A stretch of DNA of 64,000 bases, from contig CAWHDT010000005.1 of the NCBI GenBank assembly GCA_963828195.1, positions 576,001-640,000 on the forward strand. The letters are read 5' to 3'. The position numbers were made by a program, and so were the translations under genes. The notes below the pieces were generated by a model. It worked only from the letters and a program-made list of their open reading frames with translations, was not told the DNA's origin and ran no database searches. Numbering within the stretch: the stretch's first letter is position 1; each line of letters opens with the position of its first letter. This document shows positions 59,888-64,000 of the stretch, in pieces. Source of the DNA: Candidatus Bathyarchaeota archaeon. GTDB taxonomy: Archaea > Thermoproteota > Bathyarchaeia > Bathyarchaeales > Bathycorpusculaceae.

Positions 59888-59909
59888 GTTCAAATTACCC
59901 CCCAGTCCA
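59888..59909 (+). repeat. Degenerate copy of the tRNA-Ala 3' end (att-like scar)
   Basis: GTTCAAATTACCCCCCAGTCCA versus GTTCAAATCCCCCCCAGTCCA (59463-59483). Confidence 0.75.
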
Positions 59910-59911
59910 TT

Positions 59912-60340
59912 TTATTTTTCAGTTTTAACTAATCTTTCGTATTCAAGAGGTCTTATGATCTTCACGTTTTTGATTTTTCTCCAGTCCGAGACGTCTTCGG
60001 TTATTATCGTATCCAAACCCTTTCTCATCATGCACGCCGCATGTATGGAATCATAGCTAACTCCCGATTCAACCAATATGCTTGCTGCGTCTTGAAGAGT
60101 GTGTTCATCGATTTGTATCATATTAATCGGCAGCGAGAAGAATGCAGCCAAAGCAATTGAGGCTTTTTCTGCGTCGATTCGAGCCAGAGAACCAAGGAGC
60201 TCTATCTGAACCAGAAAACTGCAGTGCGCTTCGATTCGCTTACTTTCAATGTCATCAATTATGTGTTTGCATGCTTTGCCGTAAACTGGATGCGCCAAAG
60301 CAGGGTAGTCGAAAATATTGGTGTCTATGTAGAACCTGAA
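59912..60340 (-). pseudogene. VapC PIN toxin lacking a canonical start before the first catalytic Asp
   Basis: Frame reads FRFYIDTNIFDYPALAHP upstream of the ORF-track TTG with no ATG/GTG/TTG; VQIELL, YDSIHAA, ITED. Confidence 0.7.
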
Positions 60341-60600
60341 TTTATCGCCGGTGCCTTCCGTTTTTTGAGCCGCTGTTTTTTGGGTTCAATCGGGTAAGTC
60401 TCTTTCCAAGAGTCTTCGACAAGTCGGGTTGCGTCAATGTTGATTGATTTGCCGATGAGATTCCAGAGTTTATCAGATGGATTAGAAGTGAGTTTGTGGG
60501 ATTCCATGATTATTCGGTTATTTTCAGATTTCACTATGAGTTTGTCGCCTATCCTAACGCCTAACTTTGCACGCACAGCTTCAGGTACCGTCACCTGATA
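60325..60600 (-). pseudogene. AbrB antitoxin, 5'-truncated
   Basis: YQVTVPEAVRAKLGVRIGDKL with an in-frame stop a few codons upstream; overlapped by the 3' end of the propeller gene. Confidence 0.65.
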
Positions 60601-62620
60601 TAGGTTTCTTTATCTTGAATTTCTTCGAAACCAGAAAAATAATTATAATAACAATTACAAAAGCAATTACTGCCCCGATTATAATGTTGGTTGACCAAAG
60701 TGTTGCAGTCTGAGTGGCTGTTACTGAAGGCTCAACCGTCGCAGAAGTGGCAGGAGCCCCCGTGTTTATCACCCAAACAGTATTGCTTACGTCATTGGTA
60801 ACATAGATGTAGGCTCCGTTGGGCGTTACAGCTATTCCGTAAGGGCCTGCCCCAACAGTTACCGTCTCTATCACCGTGTTTGCAGCGGCGTTTATAACTG
60901 AAACCGCATTGCTGTCGGCGTTTGTAACATAGGTATATTCTCCGTTGGGAGAAACAGCCACCCCGTAAGGTTCAGTGTTAACCGTTATTGTCGCTGCTAC
61001 TTTGTTCGTTGCCGTGCTTATCACATTGACCGAACCGCTGCCAAGATTTGTAACGTAGACGTATTCTCCATTTGGGGTTATGGCAACTGCAAAAGGAAAA
61101 CTTCCGACGGGTACTGTAGCAGTTACTTTATCCGAACCTGTGCTTATCACTGAGACTGTTGTGCTGACGTCATTTGCGACGTATGCGTGTGCTCCGCTGG
61201 GAGTTATAGCTACACCAAAAGGATTGACTCCAACCGTTACCGTTGTTTTCACGGTGTTTGAATATGTACTTATCACCGAAACCGTGTTGCTGCCGCTGTT
61301 TGTAACATAAGCATATTCGCCGTTGGGAGTTATAGCCACACCATACGGGTCCGCTCCAACGGTCACGTTTGCTGTCACCGCATTAATAGCCGTGCTTATT
61401 ACCGAAACTGAATTGCTTCCCGCATTTGCAACATAGGCGTATTCCCCGTTAGGCGTGATAGCTACTCCATTAGGTCCGCTCCCAACAGGTACGGTTGCCG
61501 TGACCTCATTAGTCGCCGTGTTTATCACGGAAACTGAATTGCTGTCGCCATTCGTAATATAAGCATATGACCCGTTGGGGGTTACAGCCACTCCGCCAGG
61601 CTCGTATCCAACGTGAATCGTCGTAGTAACCGTATTAGTGTTCATGCTTATGATTGAAACCGAATTGCTCCCGACATTAGTAACGTAGGCATAGGCGCCG
61701 TTCGGAGTTACTGCCACTGCGGCAGGATAGCTTCCAACCGGTATTGTCGCCGACAACTTGTTCGTGCCGGTGCTAATCACAGAAATGGCGTCGCTGCCTT
61801 CATCGGTGACACAGGCATATTCTCCATTAGGTGTTATCGTGACACCGAAAGGACTGGCTCCAACGGCTGTGGTTACCGCAACCGTGTTGGTAGCCGCGTC
61901 TATCACTGAAATTGAAGCACTGCCTTCATCAGTAACATAAACAAATTCACTGTTGGGAGTTACAGCTACACCCGCTGGCTCGCTTCCAACAGATACCGTA
62001 GCCGTCAAAGTATTTGTAGTGGTATTTATTACTGAAACTATAGCGCTGCCTTCATTGGTAACATAGGCATATTTTCCGTTTGGCGATATGGCCACGGCGC
62101 CTGGGTAACTTACAGCCGGGATAGTTGCTACCACTTTATTGGTGGCTGTGCTAAGCACCGAAACAGAATCACTTTCCTCATTTGTGACATAGACATACGC
62201 TCCATCAGGAGTTATGGCCACACTCAAAGGCTCCGTTCCGACAGGTACCGTCGCGGTCTCGGTATTCGTGGTTGTATTTATTATTGAAACGGAATCGCTG
62301 CCGATATTTGTAACATACAAATCTGCCCCGTTGGGTGTTACCGCCACACCTATCGGATCCATTCCAACAGGTATTGTTGCATCAATTGTGTTCGTAGCCG
62401 TGTTTATAGCTGAAACCGTGTTGCCGCCTTCATTTGTAATGTAAGCGTATGCTCCGTTAGGAGTTATAGCCACACCGTAAGGGTCACTTAAACGGGTAAT
62501 CGCCGTCGCTGCATTCGCAGCTTTAACCGGCTGAAGCCGTAATGCGAAAACATAGAACGAGGAGAAGATAAGTAGAATAATAAAGCAAAGTCTCAAGGTA
62601 TTTATTGTTCCATTCTTCAT
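60581..62620 (-). CDS. Secreted double YVTN beta-propeller surface protein (~14 repeats) with C-terminal TM
   Basis: Signal peptide; 42-aa P.GVAITPNG.YAYVTN.GSNSVSVI repeats. Confidence 0.92.
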   Translation of the reverse strand: MKNGTINTLRLCFIILLIFSSFYVFALRLQPVKAANAATAITRLSDPYGVAITPNGAYAYITNEGGNTVSAINTATNTIDATIPVGMDPIGVAVTPNGADLYVTNIGSDSVSIINTTTNTETATVPVGTEPLSVAITPDGAYVYVTNEESDSVSVLSTATNKVVATIPAVSYPGAVAISPNGKYAYVTNEGSAIVSVINTTTNTLTATVSVGSEPAGVAVTPNSEFVYVTDEGSASISVIDAATNTVAVTTAVGASPFGVTITPNGEYACVTDEGSDAISVISTGTNKLSATIPVGSYPAAVAVTPNGAYAYVTNVGSNSVSIISMNTNTVTTTIHVGYEPGGVAVTPNGSYAYITNGDSNSVSVINTATNEVTATVPVGSGPNGVAITPNGEYAYVANAGSNSVSVISTAINAVTANVTVGADPYGVAITPNGEYAYVTNSGSNTVSVISTYSNTVKTTVTVGVNPFGVAITPSGAHAYVANDVSTTVSVISTGSDKVTATVPVGSFPFAVAITPNGEYVYVTNLGSGSVNVISTATNKVAATITVNTEPYGVAVSPNGEYTYVTNADSNAVSVINAAANTVIETVTVGAGPYGIAVTPNGAYIYVTNDVSNTVWVINTGAPATSATVEPSVTATQTATLWSTNIIIGAVIAFVIVIIIIFLVSKKFKIKKPISGDGT

Positions 62621-62926
62621 TCGACCAATCTTCCAGCCAAGCCTAAGTTAGTCTTAGCTTTAACACAATATAAGTGAATAAGTTTTTGTATGAGGGAGAG
62701 TGTTTTTAACTTTGAACCAGATTTCAGCAAAGCTAGCTTTAGAACAGGATTTTGCGGTAACATCCACTTTGGTCAGGTTTAAATCCGCCTCGTCTATTTG
62801 AAACAACACCTGTCGTGCAGATGATTGTCTATTTTCGTCCTCTTACGATTTCAGTGCCACGATAAATGAGACAAATCGTGAGGTGACTTGGTTGCCCGAG
62901 TAGTTGATTTGTAGCCTATTTACCCT

Positions 62927-64000
62927 TTAACACTTTGAGAGGGGCAAACTCACTATGAAAGCGGTTCCTTTACCCTCTTGGCTCTCAAAAACGACCGTGC
63001 CGCCCAAAGCTTCAACCATCCGTTTAACCACAGGCAAACCAAAGCCCTGACCCTTCGATTTGGTTGTGAACATCGGCGTAAACATTTTGCTCTTAACAGG
63101 TTCAGGAATTCCAACGCCCGTGTCCGCCACCGTTATGATGACATCGTTTCCTTTTTTGTGGACCCGAATGGTAAGTTTTCCGCCTTTTGGCATGGCTTGA
63201 ACAGCATTATTAAGCAAGTTATACATGATGCGATTAATGTAGGAAGAGTCGGTCACAATTTTCTTAGCATCAGATTCCACTTTAACGCTTAATTTGACGT
63301 TCTCGGGTAAACCGATGTTTTCTATCAATTCATCAATTATGAGTTTTAGATCAGCTTCTTCAGCATGAGGATGAAGAGTTTTGGAGAAGTCTTGAAGATC
63401 CATTACAATTTTGTTAATGTAATCGATGTTCTTTTCGATACCGTCTAAACTTTCACCTACAAGATTTTTTTCTTCACCTTCAGGCATCGAGGCAAACTCC
63501 GTCTTCAGCAAATAGACATCGCTTGTTATAGCCTGCAGCGGGTTTCGAATATCATGACCCACCATACCTGCGGTTGCGCCTATGGCAGCTAAACGTTCAG
63601 CATCTTTAAGCTGCCTTGTGCGTTCCTCAATAGTCTTCTCCAAGTTTTTTGCATACTCTTCAAGCTTAGACTGCAACTGCTTGCGTTCAGTAATGTCCAG
63701 GTTTGTTTCTAGGATTTCTTCAATTTTACCTTGAGCATTAGTTGCTGCGAGCCAATGGCTCTCCACCACTACTTTCCGTCCCGACTTGGTCTGTTGGATT
63801 TTTTCTCCCGACCAGCACCCACTATGCTCAAGTTGATGGATTATTTCTTGGAATTGTTCTGGAAATTTAGTCTGTAGAAGAAAGCGGCTTTTCTGTCCTA
63901 CTGCTTCCTCTTTTGTCCAACCGTAGAGACTCTGTGCACCTTGACTCCAGAAAGTAATTGTATCATCTAACTTTTTCTCAATTATGGCATCTGGACTTAG
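62927..64000 (-). CDS. PAS-domain sensor histidine kinase (5' end outside window)
   Basis: Frame open to edge (ITFWSQGAQSLYGW, PAS); GHDIRNPL H-box; NAVQA, DTGVGI, GQGFGL. Confidence 0.95.
   Translation of the reverse strand, partial: LSPDAIIEKKLDDTITFWSQGAQSLYGWTKEEAVGQKSRFLLQTKFPEQFQEIIHQLEHSGCWSGEKIQQTKSGRKVVVESHWLAATNAQGKIEEILETNLDITERKQLQSKLEEYAKNLEKTIEERTRQLKDAERLAAIGATAGMVGHDIRNPLQAITSDVYLLKTEFASMPEGEEKNLVGESLDGIEKNIDYINKIVMDLQDFSKTLHPHAEEADLKLIIDELIENIGLPENVKLSVKVESDAKKIVTDSSYINRIMYNLLNNAVQAMPKGGKLTIRVHKKGNDVIITVADTGVGIPEPVKSKMFTPMFTTKSKGQGFGLPVVKRMVEALGGTVVFESQEGKGTAFIVSLPLSKC

Noticed and set aside
60581-62620. Regular ~126-bp periodicity resembling an array (also 16476-17573)
   Set aside because: In-frame YVTN beta-propeller coding repeats; no identical repeat/unique spacer structure, so not CRISPR

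Overview
Archaeal chromosomal window, most likely Bathyarchaeia/TACK. This is inferred from the archaeal r-protein set (L32e, L19e, S4e, Rpp29), Alba, RPA, a PEF-CTERM protein and a BHB-intron tRNA. The core comprises the L22-to-SecY ribosomal protein operon (split by a ~3 kb accessory insert), hypE/hypD/hypC/hypF hydrogenase maturation genes, ilvD, a leuA/cimA-family gene, an ilvA-like gene, Mrp, two small heat-shock proteins, tRNA-Met (intron at 45/46) and tRNA-Ala. Accessory DNA is abundant: five toxin-antitoxin modules in different states of decay, surface beta-propeller proteins, two GT39-like glycosyltransferases, tandem arylsulfotransferases and several pseudogenes. The main finding is an AT-rich defence island (~49.0-55.4 kb). 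It carries a TIR-APAZ plus catalytically inactive short prokaryotic Argonaute operon, a divergent NDT/TIR-like-REase plus Mrr-like REase pair bracketed by inverted repeats, and a wHTH-REase-fold gene preceded by short repeats. The island lies between copies of a dispersed non-coding repeat (GTTGCGACTTT boxes) that also marks other accessory junctions in the window. Several integration scars are visible: a hypE 3'-end duplication, a tRNA-Ala 3'-end duplication and 50-bp direct repeats around mazEF. All assignments come from motif recognition by eye; no database searches were run.
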